Source: Octopus vulgaris
Taxonomy: Eukaryota
DNA length: 64,000 bases
Assembly: GCA_951406725.2 (NCBI GenBank)
Contig: OX597820.1
Location: 46,624,001-46,688,000 of the forward strand
Direction of reading: 5' to 3'
Of this stretch, positions 38,308 to 52,020 are shown piece by piece. A program made the translations under genes and the position numbers. The stretch's first letter is position 1. Every line of letters starts with the position of its first letter. The notes below the pieces were generated by a model, which worked only from the letters and a program-made list of their open reading frames with translations, did not search any database and was not told where the DNA came from.

Positions 38308-39244
38308 CATACATACATAGATACACACACACACACACACACACCTTTCATGCTACTAACATGCACTAAAAACTTCTTATGATACCATGAAATTGTAATA
38401 TTTTCACTAATTTCTTACTCATAATTAGTGAAAGCTAAACTGGTGGACTATGTAAACTGGTTGACTTCTTTTTATATCTATTATTATAACTCACTACATA
38501 GGAGTAAAATCTCTCCAACAAAACTTTTCACTACACACACACACATAAATATATATTAGTTCATATATAGGTACAGGCATGGCTGTGTGTTAAGAAGCTT
38601 GCTTCCCAACCACATGGTTCTGGGTTCACTCCCACTGCATGGCACCTTGGGCAAGTGTCTTCTACTAAAGCCTCAGGCCAACCAAAGCCTTGTAAGCGGA
38701 TGTGGATTAGGTAGACGGAAACTGAAACAAGCCCATATATGTGTGTGTGTATGTGTGTGTGTAACAGTGTAACATATGGTATAATTAAAAACAGGGCAAA
38801 TATATATGGGTGTGTCTGTGTATGCGTGTGCATGTATGTATATATTTGCGTGTCTGTGTTCATCTCCCCACCATCACTTGACAACTGATGTTAGTGTGCT
38901 TATGTCCCAGTCATTTAGTGGTTCGGCAAAAGGGACTGATAGAATAAGTACTAGGTTTACAAAGAATAAGTCATGGGGTTGATTTGTTTGACTAAAGTTG
39001 GTGCTCCAGCATGGCCTCAGTCAAATGACTGAAACATGTGGAAAAAAAATATATATTGGTGAGGATTAGTGTATGCTAGGCTATCTTGTGCTAGGTCCAT
39101 TACATCATGACAAGGTCATTACTGTGGTTCTTGTGACTGCAAACACTATGAGATTCAGCATTATACCATTAGGTAGCTATTTACGCAACCTCATCCATAT
39201 ATATAAATCAGTTTTTTCCAGTAATTACATGCAGACCACCTTAC

Positions 39245-39643
39245 CTGTTGACTTGTCAAGGTTTTTCCACCCTCAGCATCTTTGTCGGAGTCCCTGATTT
39301 CATCCATCAAGCACGTATACATGCTCAGGAAGGAGTAAATAAGTTGCATGTCGGATACTCTGAGGAAGAGTCGGCATTTATGTTGTACAAAGTAGAGGGT
39401 GGGTGGCATGAGCCACTCAAACATGTCATTTATCAGTTCCTTGTGAGCAAGTTCTAGATGGTCTGGGAGTTCATAGTCCATGTAGGATTGCTTGAAGGGC
39501 CTCCATCCCATTTCTTCAGGTTCCATGTAGATCATTCCACATCTGCTCACTGTGGCTGGTGAGGCTTGCTCAAGGTCAGCAGCTTCAAACAGTAAGTTCA
39601 TTGCTTTACTCATCTGGATTATTTCACCACTCATTAAACATAG
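39245..39643 (-). CDS. DNAH3: DNAH3-like exon 10 (AAA2 arginine-finger region)
   Basis: LCLMSGEIIQM...DLEQASPATVSRCGMIYMEP...LTSQQ; 399 nt. Confidence 0.96.
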
Positions 39644-39914
39644 CTATAAAATAGATAATTAAACAGGATAATTAAGATGAAGAAACACAATTTGTTTAGC
39701 TTTTGTTAGTGTGTTATATAAGATGAGAAATTAAAATTTATGAATATAGGCTCAGATGTGGGTGTGTGGTAAGAAGCTTGCTTCCCAACCACATGGTTCC
39801 AGGTTCAGTCCAACTGTGTGGTACTTTCGGCAAGAGTCTTCTACTATAGCATCGGACCAATCGAAGCCCTGTGAGTGGATTTGATAAACAGAAACTGAAA
39901 GAAGCCTGTTGTAT

Positions 39915-39935
39915 GTATGTGTATGTGTGTGCATA

Positions 39936-39985
<50 letters not shown>

Positions 39986-40254
39986 CATATGTATATACAT
40001 ATATATACATATGTATATACACATATATATATAGACATATGTATATACATATATATATATAGACATATGTATATACATATATATACATATGTATATACAC
40101 ATATATATATATACATACATATATACACATATATATATATACATACATATATACACATATATATATATACATACATATATACACATATATATATATATAC
40201 ATACATATATACACATATATATATATATACATACATATATACACATATATATAT

Positions 40255-40293
<39 letters not shown>

Positions 40294-40340
40294 CATATAT
40301 ATATATACATACATATAAATATATACATACACATATATAT
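39915..40340. repeat. (TA/CA)-derived compound micro/minisatellite; similar tract at ~19045-19330
   Basis: Directly visible; source of the spurious YIYI/HTHT ORFs. Confidence 0.95.
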
Positions 40341-42790
40341 CATCATCATCATCATCGTTTAGCGTCCGCTTTCCATGCTAGCATGGGTTGGATGGTTCAA
40401 CTGGGGTCTAGGAAGCCAGGAGGCTGCAAAAATCCAGTCTGATCTGGCAATGTTTCTATGGCTGTATGCCCTTCCTAACGGCAACCACTCCGTGAGTGTA
40501 GTGGGTGCTTTTTATGTGCCAGATGAGGCTGGCAAACGGCCATGATCGGATGGTGCTTTTTACGTGCCACCAGCACAGGGGCCAGGCGAGGCTGGCAATG
40601 GCCACGTTCGGATGGTGCTTTTTCGGTGCCACTAGCACGGGGGCCAGGCGAGGCTGGCAATGGCCACGATCGGATGGTGCTTTTTACGTGCCACCGGCAC
40701 GAGGCCAGGCAGGGAGGCACTGGCAACGGCCACGTTCGGATGGTTCTCTTAAGTACCACCGGCACTGGTATCACAGCTGCAATTTCCATTGATGTTGATT
40801 GATTTCGATTTTCACTTGCCTCAACAGGTCTTCACAAGTAGAGTTTTGTGTCCCAAGAAGGAAAGGTATGCATAAGTGGACTGGCTACATCCCATGTAGA
40901 GGCCACGGGTTACGGTCTCACTTGTCCTGCCGGGTCTTCTCACGCACAGCATACTTCCAAAGGTCTCGGTCTCTAGTCATTTCCTCAGTGAGACCTAAAG
41001 TTCGAAGGTCGTGCTTCACCACCTCATCCCAGGTTTTCCTGGGTCTGCCTCTTCCACAGGTTCCCTCAACTGCTAGGGTGTGGCACTTTTTCACACAACT
41101 ATCTTCATCCATTCTTGCCACATGACCATACCAGTGCAAACGTCTCTCTTGCACACCACAACTGATGCTTCTTAGGTCCAGCTTTTCTCTCAAGGTACTT
41201 ACACTGTCAAGTATGAACACTGACATTACACATCCATCGGAGCATACTGGCTTCATTTCTTGTGAGCTTACGCATATCCTCAGCAGTCACGGCCCATGTT
41301 TCACTGCCATGTAGCATGGCTGTTCGTACACACGCGTCATACAGTCTGCCTTATACTCTGAGCGAGAGGCCTTTTGTCACCAGCAGAGGTAAGAGCTCTC
41401 TGAACTTTGCCCAAGCTATTCTTACTCTAGCAGTTACACTTTCAGCACACCCGCCCCCGCTACTGACTTGGTCACCTAGGTAATGGAAGCTATCAACTAT
41501 TTCTAGTTTTTCTCCCTGGAATGTGGCAGAAGTTGGTCTCAGAGCATTTTCAGTGTTTATTGCTCCTGAGCATCTGCCACATACAAAAACTATCTTCCTA
41601 GTTAGCCTTCCTTTGACATTGCTGCACTTCTTATGTGTCCATAGCTTACACTTGGTGCATCTTATAGAGTTTCTACCTACACCTTTTCTACAGATCGAGC
41701 AGAGCCATCTACCTGAAGGCATTTGTCATTTGTCTACCTTCCTACTTATTAGGACTTTGGTTTTAGCTAGATTGACTCTAAGGCCCTTTGATTCTAATCC
41801 TTGCTTCCACATCTGAAACTTCTCCTCCAGTTCTGATAGTGACTCAGCAATTAGAGCAAGGTCATCAGCATAGAGGAGCTCCCAGGGCATCCTGTCTTGA
41901 ATTCCTCCATTATTGCCTGGAGGACTATGATAAATAGGAGGGGGCTGAGGACTGAGCCTTGGTGGACCCCTACCCGGAATTTCTTTACTGTACTAGTTGC
42001 CAACCCTCACCTTACTAGTGGCGTCCCTGTAAATGGCTCGCACAGCTCTCACTAACCATTCATCTATCCCTAGTTTCCTCATTGACCACCAGATAAGGGA
42101 TCGAGGGACCCTGTCAAAGGCTTTCTCCATGTCAACAAAAGCCAGGTACAGGAGCTTATCTTTGGCTAGGTATTTCTCCTGCAGCTGCCTTACCAGGAAT
42201 ATAGCATCAGTGGTACTTTTCCCTGGCAAGAACCCAAACTGCATCTCATCTAAACTAACTCTCTCTCTAATTAGTTGGGTTATGACCCTCTTCGTAACTT
42301 CATTACCTGATCCAACAGCTTGATACCTCTGCAATTATTTGTATCTAGGGCGTCACCTTTACCTTTGTAGCAGTTGACTATTATGCTGCTACACCAGTCA
42401 TTGGGTACGCCCCCTTCATGTATCACCTGATTAACCATACGTGTGAATAGGCTATAGCCGACACTACCGGATATTTTGAGCATCTCTGCAGTGATTCCTG
42501 ATGGGATGGGGCTTTCCCTGTCTTCATGCTTCTAATTGCCTTAACTACCGAGGAACTGTCAACTCAGATAGCTGATCCCTCTGTTGGGTCGACATTAGGC
42601 AGACTCTCTTTATCTCACTCATTTTCTTTATTCAGCAACCTTTCATAGTGGTGTCTCCAAACCTCTCTCTTTGCATCCTTATTTAGCGCAAGTGAACCAT
42701 CATCCATGCGAACACATTTCTTTCCTACCACATCACGATTCTCTCTCACACACTGTCTTGCAACACGAAACACCTCAAGTTTTTGGTCCT
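40335..42790 (-). mobile_element. 5'-truncated RTE LINE (degenerate) with PHD-like finger and tandem-repeat 3' UTR
   Basis: QFGFLPGKSTTDAIF, FVDMEKAFDRVP, ELLYADD, C-x2-C...C-x2-C-x4-H-x2-C...C-x2-C, FHYLG, GRGRPRKTW; ~62-bp repeats and (GAT)n tail. Confidence 0.92.
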
Positions 42791-42820
42791 CTCAAGTTTT
42801 TGGTCCTCAAAGTCTTTGGT

Positions 42821-42854
<34 letters not shown>

Positions 42855-42855
<1 letters not shown>

Positions 42856-44169
42856 TAGACTAGAATAGCCGTGACCCATTGGGTTAGGGTCAGAGTTTCC
42901 TAGCAACGGAGTTATGTTTTATGTTTTTTTTTTTCCACCTTATTTCACATGCTTTCAATGAATGTGACATCGAAATCACACATAAACGGCTCCTTACCCC
43001 AGAAAAGAAAAGATTTGGCTGCTATTTCTTGCATACCCAGCTACCAAGTAACAGGTATTTCAAGTCCTTAACCACAAATACCTGTTATGTGGTAGCAGAG
43101 CGTGCTAGAAATAGCAGCCAACTCTATGGAGCTGAGATACGTTGAATGTACCCGAAAAATTTTTTGTAATGATATCCCCTTGGGGGCAATCTTTTGCTTT
43201 GATTCTCAGAACTGTCATCTGGATCAGGTGGTTTTGCTCGTTAATTTCCATAAAAAAAATTTATGTATTTTCTTTCGATTTAAAATGAGAGAGAGGTAAA
43301 AGTGAAAGAGGTATGAATGTATATATGAAATTGACATGTGTGTGTGAGAGAGAGAGAGAGTACTACTTACACTTACATGAGAACACACATGTTCACTCAC
43401 TCTCTCTCTCTCTCTCTTCTTCTCTCCCTATCTTTCTCTCACACATACATACAAAAAAGATGAACACATATGTATTGATGTAAGTATACATGACAATACA
43501 CCCCTTCACTCACTTTCTTTCTTCCTCTCCCTCTTTTCTTTCTCTCTTTTCCTCTCTCTCTCTTTCATTCACACACACACGTCCATTTAATATACATGTA
43601 CATACATCTTTCTTTCACTTTAAAACAAAAATCAATAAATGAAAAATTTTTACAGAAATTTACGACTTGAAAATAATTTTAAAAAACAGTAAACTATTGT
43701 GTGGTTAAAGAAAGCTAAAATATAAATACTTACTGTACAAACAACTTACATTTTTTAAATCACAATCAGTTAAAAATATTTCTAAATGATTAAAATACTG
43801 TGTACATCAAAAAGTTGACATTATTTTTTTTCTGAGAGAGTGCAAAGACTATGTGTGTGTATACGTCACAGATAACAGATTTGTGTTTGTGTTGATTGAC
43901 ACGCCATGATATTCATAATATATGTGTGTATTCTTATTCTGTATGTGTGTTGTTGTCACAGAAGCTGTATTTTTTTCCATCAAGAAATAACAAAAATTGT
44001 GTTTAATCATTTTCCTTAATAAATAGAGGTTCAAAAATCAGAAAAATTCGTACTGCAATGCCAAAGGTAAGTATGAAAATAAATATGCAATAAAATTAAG
44101 ATAAAATATATTATTTCTGAGATGTTTCAGGTACTCACAAACATCCCTAGATTTTTAGTATTATTAAGA
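42855..44169 (-). mobile_element. Non-autonomous Helitron-like element
   Basis: Minus strand starts A|TC at 44169 and ends hairpin+CTAG|T at 42855; no TSD; sits in (TA)n. Confidence 0.65.
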
Positions 44170-44188
44170 TATATATGTATATATCTTA

Positions 44189-44487
44189 GAGCACTCCATT
44201 GGTTACAACGATAAGATCAACAGAATAGCTTGCTTGTGAAAATAACGTGCAAGTGGCTGAGCGCTTTACAGACACATGTACTCTTAACATAGTTCTCAGG
44301 GAGATTCAGTGTGACACAGAGAGTGACAGGGCTGGCCTTTTTGAAATACAGGTACCACTCATTTTTGCCAGCTGAGTGGACTGGAGCAACATGCAATAAA
44401 GTGTCTTGCTCAAGGATACAATGCATCACCGGGAATTGAACTCACAACCTTATGATTGCGAGCCAAATGTTCTAACCACTAAGTCGT
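44189..44487 (-). mobile_element. tRNA-derived SINE (family D); copy at ~49615-49937, related element at ~48715-49050
   Basis: Minus strand has A box (..TAGTGG) and B box GAGTTCAATTCC; shared body. Confidence 0.75.
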
Positions 44488-44739
44488 GTGTGTGTGTGTG
44501 TCTTTGTGTCTGTGTTTGTCTTCTCATTACCACTTGACAACTAGTGTTTGTGTCTACCTCCCCGTAACTTAGTGGTTCAGCAAAATAGACCAATAGATTA
44601 AGTACAAGGCTTAAAAAATAAGTTCTGGGGTCGATTTCTTCAACTAAAACTCTTTAAGGTAATGCTCCAGCACAACTGAAGTTAAATGACAGAAACAAGT
44701 AAAGAGTAACAGAGAGTGTGTGTGTGTCTTGAAACTAAC

Positions 44740-44870
44740 CTTTTTGTTGTCGTCAAGGACTGTATTCATGTTCTCAATCCAGATGGCATCCACAGGACCA
44801 TCAAAAATAATCCACTTGCGGTCATCGGTCGCTTCATTAGCAAATGACCTGAATACTGTTGCCAAAACCC
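44740..44870 (-). CDS. DNAH3: DNAH3-like exon 9 (AAA2)
   Basis: (G)VLATVFR...[26 protein letters not shown]; 131 nt. Confidence 0.96.
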
Positions 44871-45152
44871 CTGGGAGAGAGGACAAACAAAAAGAGAAAT
44901 ATGGTAATCACTGGGATTAGAAATAAGCTGTCAGTCACTTGTTTACACTATTGGGTCAAGGAATATTTAGAGAATTTATGGAATATACGGAAAAAATGGA
45001 CAGGAAAATAATTATGACGATGATGACGGTGACGATAACAGTGGCAACGATGACAGCAACAACAACATCGATGATGGAGAATATATAGAATATAGTCAAA
45101 GACAACTAGTTTATCAAGCCAGGCTGAAGCATAAACTAGATCACACAGGCTA

Positions 45153-45309
45153 TATAAGGACAATTATTACAAAACAACCTAATTTATAATGTAAACCAAA
45201 GTCAATGTATAAAGGGTCAATATACATTGTAGCAACTTAAGATTTTTGAAAATTATGAGGTGTTAGCAAAGTTTGTGTACAGAGATGTGTTGGAAGAACT
45301 TATTTACAT

Positions 45310-45357
<48 letters not shown>

Positions 45358-47604
45358 CCTTCAAGCATAAACAGAGATAGAAATTGTCCAAATGAATGTA
45401 TACAGTTCTTGAGAAGATCAGTGCTTGATATAAATCTTGCAGTTTCAGAGAGAAAATCTTACAATTTTGTCCTTATCACAAGAACCCATCCAGACAAACA
45501 CATCAAAAAAAAAAAATTTGCTAGCTCAGCATGTAGAGGCAAAATGAAGGGGAAATGGGTCATAAGCTTCTTTTTCATTGGTTGGAGTATCAAAAGTTTT
45601 CCTGAGGTGCATTGATTTGATTAATCAGAACCCATGTTAATCACAACTCTAGCCCAGCTCCAACAATAAATGCATGTTAGAACTGTATATTTTACAAAAT
45701 ATTTTAAAATTAAAAAGTGAATATTTTAAAATTAAAAAGAACCAGAGTCAAGCTAAACATTGCTACAGGCAAGACCCAACCTCCAGCCCATATATTTAAA
45801 CCCAATTTATAAGGGGTAACTGTGCTTTGCAGAATTCCTTTCTAATTTAAAAATATTTATACTTCTATAGACATGAATTGAGTGCCTCTATCATTGTGAA
45901 CAGTACTCAGCATTCCAACAAAACAGTGTGGCTCTTTAAGACATTAAACAAAAGTTTCAGATGTTATATCAACTAAAGAATAACGAAAGTATTCATCAAC
46001 TGCCACAATACTAATTTCAAAATGCTGATCGTTTTAGGCGTAGGAGGGGCTGTGTGGTAAGTAGCTTGCTTACCAACCACATGGTTCCAGGTTCAGTCCC
46101 ACTGCGTGGCACCTTGGGCAAGTGTCTTCTACTATAGCCTTGGGCCGACCAAAGCCTTGTGGGTGGATTTGGTGGACAGAAATTGAAAGAAGCCTATCGT
46201 ATATATATATATATATGTTTGTGTGTCTGTGTTTGTCCCCACCCCCCAACATCGTTTGACAACCGATGCTGGTGTGTTTACATCTTCGTAACTTAGCGGT
46301 TCGGCAAAAGAGACTGATAGAATAAGTACTAGGCTTACAAAGACTAAGTCCTGGGGTCAATTTGCTCAACTAAAGGCGGTGCTCCAGCATGGCCACAGCC
46401 AAATGACTGAAATAAGTAAGAGAGTAATAGAGTTTAGATTACACAAAATCCAATGAGATACGTTCCATAATCTGAGAAGCTTTTATGAGGTAGTATTCAA
46501 TCAGGTATGCTGGTATTTTGAAAATACCTCATGGACTGGCAATCATGCCTTGTATAGTTACAGACTGCCCTTGGAAAGTTATAGCACCTGTTCAGCCACC
46601 TGCCAGAGATACAGCAAATTCATGGAACTGCAGCACGGCAGATTGTAAAGAGGCAACAGAAGAGCTCAACTGAGCTAACAATACGTCTTACATTGATGAT
46701 GAAGAGAGGAATCCTAGAAGATCAACAGTTAGGATCACCAAGCTTTATCAAGAGAGGAACTGCAATGCATCCATAGGGATGGCATCCATGGTTGTGTAGT
46801 CAGATAATGAAAGATTCACTAAGACTCAAACTCTCAATTCAAATTTATAATAATGGAATTGGATGGCAACAGAAAGTTATGGGAATCTGCAAAAGCTGAG
46901 CAGCAGGAGAGAGAGAGAGAGAGATTCAATCAGACTATAAAATTTAAGTTTTTGTGGCAGTTGATGAATACTTTGGTTATTCTTTGGTTGATATAACATC
47001 TGAAACTTTTGTTTAATGTCTTAAAGAGCCACGCTGTTTTGTTGGAATGCTGAGTACTGTTCACAATGATAGAGGCACTCAATTCATGTCTATAGAAGTA
47101 TAAACATTTTTAAATTAGAAAGGAATTCTGCAAAGCACAGTTACCCCTTATAAATTGGGTTTAAATATATGGGCTGGAGGTTGGGTCTTGCCTGTAGCAA
47201 TGTTTAGTTTGACTCTGGTTCTTTTTAATTTTAAAATATTCACTTTTTAATTTTAAAATATTTTGTAAAATATACAGTTCTAGCATGCATTTATTGTTGG
47301 AGCTGGGCTAGAGTTGTGATTAACATGGGTTCTGATTAATCAAATCAATGCACCTCAGGAAAACTTTTGATACTCCAACCAATGAAAAAGAAGCTTATGA
47401 CCCATTTCCCCTTCATTTTGCCTCTACATGCTGAGCTAGCAATTTAAAAAATTTTTTTTATGTGTTTGTCTGGATGGGTTCTTGTGATAAGGACAAAATT
47501 GAAAGATTTTCTTTCTGAAACAGTGCAAGATTTATATCAAGCACTGACCTCAAGAACTGTTTACATTCATTTGGACAATTTCTATCTCTGTTTATGCTTG
47601 AAGG

Positions 47605-47648
<44 letters not shown>

Positions 47649-47805
47649 ATGTAAATAAGTTCTTCCAACACATCTCTGTACACAAACTTTGCTAACACCT
47701 CATAATTTTCTAAAATCTTAAGTTGCTACAAAGTATATTGACTCTTTATATATTGACTTTGGTTTACATTATAAATTGTTTTTCTTTGTAATAATTGTCC
47801 TTATA
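45153..47805. repeat. Long inverted repeat (foldback): ~855-bp arms, ~940-bp spacer
   Basis: 45153-~46010 is the near-exact reverse complement of ~46950-47805, including an internal (TA)n. Confidence 0.95.
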
Positions 47806-48346
47806 GGAAAACAAGATTTTCTTGGATCTGGGTATGACAAGAATCTAATCCCACTTGGATGACAGAATTCATTGTGAATATGTCAAAGAAATCTAGCTGA
47901 ACATTCCAACACAAGACATCAGTGTGCAAATTCTCTTTTCTATTTTCGTAGAAAATGTCAAAGCTATATGAAACAAGCTGAACCCTACAATGTAATATCT
48001 TGTCATCTTTATTTTGTATTTTTAAGATTTATCAAATATATTTCAGTTAATCTCTAATGAGAGTAAAGTGTCAGTTAATGTTGCTATTGACATTAGTACT
48101 TAGCAGTTGTGACAAATTCATTCTCAATAAAAGGATACAATTTACTTTTGGAAAGGGTGCAAGAGGGGAAAAACTTACTGGACGCCCACCTTGTGATAAC
48201 GTAGCTAGACCAATGACTTAATGAGTCAGTAACAAACTCGTCTATCACAATGCATTACAGAACACAATGCTTTAGCATTGTGTTCTGTAAGGGAAAGAAC
48301 TCATAACTTGAGGAAAAAATAGAATCACAATCAAGACCATGTTTAA

Positions 48347-48566
48347 CCCTTTAGCATTCAAATTACTCTGTCAAATCTAATACTTGTTTATTCACAGTGT
48401 TTTGAATTAATCATGCATTATCTCATAACTTCAAGATTTCAATGATGTGGCTGAAAATTTTTGGAATGATATTGTAGAGTAGGTGTGAGAAGCCAGATCT
48501 AGCTGATTTGAACAAAGAACAGGTGGGATATTTGGGCTGGATATGACCAGTTTAAATACTAAAGGT
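48347..48566 (+). mobile_element. piggyBac-like MITE; reverse copy at ~12967-13174
   Basis: TTAA|CCCTTTAGCATT...AATACTAAAGGT|TTAA. Confidence 0.75.
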
Positions 48567-49282
48567 TTAATTTCCTTTCAATCTCAATTATCACAGATCT
48601 TCTACCATAAATACTACATATTTTATTAGCATACATTGTCTTCTCTCACCACAGGTCTTCTATTTTCACGGTAACTCCCTCCAATCACTACAGTTCTCTA
48701 AACTTACTATTCATTGAGACACCCTTCGGTCATGACTGACCATGGGATTGCACTTCGAAAGTTACCCTCCCAGGCACAAGTCCGGGCAAGGTTGTTTATG
48801 AAAGACCAGCAGTTGCCCATGCATACTGGCCTCCCCTCTCCATGCCACCAGTGTTATCCAAGGGAAAGGCAACAGCCAATACAGCTTGGCACCTGTGATG
48901 TCACAACTCATTTCTACAGCTGAGTGAACCGGAGCAAAGTGAAATGAAGTGTCTTGCTCAAGAACACAACACGCAGCCCGGTCCAGGATTCGAACTCACA
49001 ACCTCACGATTGTAAGCTCGACGCTCTAACGACTGAGCCATGCGCTTTCACAAAACTTACTATTACATAATTTATTTCCATAATACTCTCCAGCCACAAG
49101 TCTTTTACATACACTGTCAGATGTTTTAATACCAGAGTGTAATACACACGATATGGCTAATATTTTATACAGTCATTGAAGAAAAATGGCACTAAATGCA
49201 AGAAAGGTATTTGCAAGTGTTCATTCACAAAAACTTTTATTTTACTGTCTTGATTCACAAACAAAAAAAAAATTGACCTTAC

Positions 49283-49505
49283 CGTCTGTCCACTCATGGG
49301 ACACAGGATCAAAGCAACCATATAATTGTCCCATTGTGATAGACTTGGGATTAATGATGGTATATTTCACTTTGTTTTCTTCAAACAGTTTACCCTGGCA
49401 GAGATCTGTCAAAGCATCTGCAAGAACTTGGTAAGCCATGGTTTTCCCGCCCAAAGGTTCTCCAACAATCATCAAGCCATGGCGTACAAGAATCATTTCA
49501 TATAC
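49283..49505 (-). CDS. DNAH3: DNAH3-like exon 8 (AAA2 Walker A)
   Basis: [22 protein letters not shown]...[24 protein letters not shown]+G; 223 nt. Confidence 0.96.
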
Positions 49506-49935
49506 CTGCAACACAGAAGATGTAAATTTATATATACACACATTGTCATCATCATCATCGTTTAACGTCTGTCTTCTATGCTGGCATGAGATACACAAAC
49601 ACACACATATAACCTGCACTTGGTCGGTTATGACGACAAGGGTTCCAGTTGATCCAATCAATGAAACAGCCTGCTCATGAAATTAATATGCAAGTGGCTG
49701 AGTACTACACAAACACATGTATCCTTAATGAAGTTCTCAGGGAGATTCAGTGTGTCATGCAAATGTGACAAGGCTGGCCCTTTTGAAATACAGGTACTAC
49801 TCATTTTTTGACAGCTGAGTGGACTGAAGCAACGTGAAATAAGGTGTCTTACTCAAGGACACAACACGTTGCTGGGAATTGAACTCACGACCTTATGATC
49901 AGGAATCAAATACTCTAACCACTAAGCCACATGCC

Positions 49936-49975
<40 letters not shown>

Positions 49976-51070
49976 CATATTCACGCACTGGGTGAGAGCT
50001 AGATATTCTCAGTATAGAAAGCATGTAGTATTGCTCAATGAATTTGAACTTAAACTCCAAATACTTCATCCAGGATTAGGTCCACTGCATCAAGTACAAC
50101 TATAAGAGAAATCCAAGAAAAGCTGATATGGAGGTAGTGATGCAGATATACACAATTAGGCTGATTGCTTATCAGCAACACCAACTGTGTGAGAGTGTGT
50201 GCATGTGAGAAAGAGAGAGAGAGAGAGAACATGTGAAGGTCATTCAGCAAGACATTGTGAAACCCTCATCTATCACCTATAACAGGAGAGTCCACCACAT
50301 GTATATTTTATTATATATTTATTTTATTTTATTTTATCTAGTTTCAACTCATGAGCTGTGGCCATGCTGGGGCACTGCCATGTATGTATACACATTGTAA
50401 AACTTAGGTTGCAAAAATGTAGCTTTTTTCCCCATTGAACTCAAAATTAAAATTAGGAATGCATTTAATACATAGTATTAGGCTGGGAACATTATGTTTC
50501 AATCACCGCTATCCTCACCATCATCATTTCCCCATGTTTTTTTTCATGCTTCCATGGGTAGGGCGAATCTTCTCAAAACAGTGTTTCATCATGCATCGTG
50601 TGTCTGTGTAATTTCCTTCATGAGGCTCAGTCATCTGAGACCAGTCTTCACCATATTATATCACCCTTGATCTCCCTCATCCAGAAGTTTCATTTATTTT
50701 AGCATTCAGCACTTTATTACATAATTGACATCCTTCATATACATCATATTTCCATACCAGCACAGTTCTGCCTTTTTCACATGACATTTCATCCCTCTCA
50801 TCCAGCCTCTCCCTCAGCTCATCTACACTCCATCAATCATGCATACTAACATTATACATCCAGTGAAGCATGCTTGCCTCATCTCTTTCCAGTCCTTGTT
50901 TGCAAATCCTTCATACTTCTAAGCCCTGTAAAAGAGCTTGGACGGTTGGGTTTCTAATCAAGCCTTTTGCAATATCCTTAAAGCCAGGAACTTTTCAGCA
51001 CCACCTTGTGTGTGTGTATATATATATGTGTGTGTGTGTGTGTATAAGTAATACATTCTCACCCACCTAC

Positions 51071-51223
51071 CTGAATAATTTTATCCAAGAACCATGGAAC
51101 ACATTGTAACTTTCTCTTCACTATGTTTGCCTCCAGAGCATCCATAAATACGCCATAGTCTGGTTGAGGCAGACTAACGCCTGGGAAAAGGTCAGCAATA
51201 ATACCTTCAAATAAGGGGACATC
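51071..51223 (-). CDS. DNAH3: DNAH3-like exon 7
   Basis: DVPLFEGIIADLFPGVSLPQPDY...VPWFLDKIIQ; 153 nt; not in the ORF track. Confidence 0.95.
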
Positions 51224-51432
51224 CTGTCAAGAGAAAACATAGATATAGTCATTAAAAACTGTTCAAGACATTACTGGATGAAAGAGAATGAATATCAAGT
51301 ATAGATAAAGGCTGAGAATCTAAAACATTAGAATAAAAGCAATCTGAAATGGAACCAAAGTAGGAATTATCCATTATTATTGATGCCACTTAGTGTGTGG
51401 TCTACCTGGCCATTTACACTTTAGTGTGCAGT

Positions 51433-51641
51433 CTAAACCTAACACTAATCCTAACACTAAATTCTAGCCCTATACACTAATCCTAAAATAACCCCTAAAC
51501 CCCTAACCCAAACCACAAACACTAACATTAGCTCTAATACTAAACCTTAACCCTATATCCTGACCCTAACCATAAACCTAACAACTAAACCCCTAACCCT
51601 AACCCACTAAACCCCTAATACTAACCCTAAACAATAACCCT
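51433..51641 (+). repeat. Degenerate (CCCTAA)n telomere-like tract
   Basis: Repeated CCCTAA/CACTAA/TCCTAA hexamer variants. Confidence 0.8.
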
Positions 51642-51739
51642 GTATATATTAGTAAGTGAGGCAGTATTAATATCAAGAAGTAATATTTATTCCCATTTAA
51701 ATATGGATGTTCTATCAGAACAAACTAACAGAAACTAAT

Positions 51740-52020
51740 AGAAACTGCATGAAGATCATTATACATAATAATGAAATTATTGTATACAGTGCTCAGGTGC
51801 ACCACAACTTGTCAAAAAGTGCGTATAAAGTATATGCAATAATGTACAAATATCTGGAAAGCGAACAGTGTATGAGTGAGATACATGCTTGCGTGTGTAT
51901 GGAGGGGAGAAAATCAGGTGTAGTGTTGGCAAATCTCAGGAAGCATGGAAGTTTTGAAGGATGCAGTGCTCCGACAACTAACAACTGATTCTGACAGTCT
52001 GTTCCATGCTTCAGCAACTC

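Noticed and set aside
40530-40770. Regularly spaced repeats resembling a CRISPR array
   Set aside because: Units are wholly repeated without unique spacers, lie in a LINE 3' UTR, and the context is eukaryotic with no cas genes.
46480-46905. Foldback spacer as a transposase remnant (DCPWKV)
   Set aside because: A single short motif among stops; not enough without a homology search.
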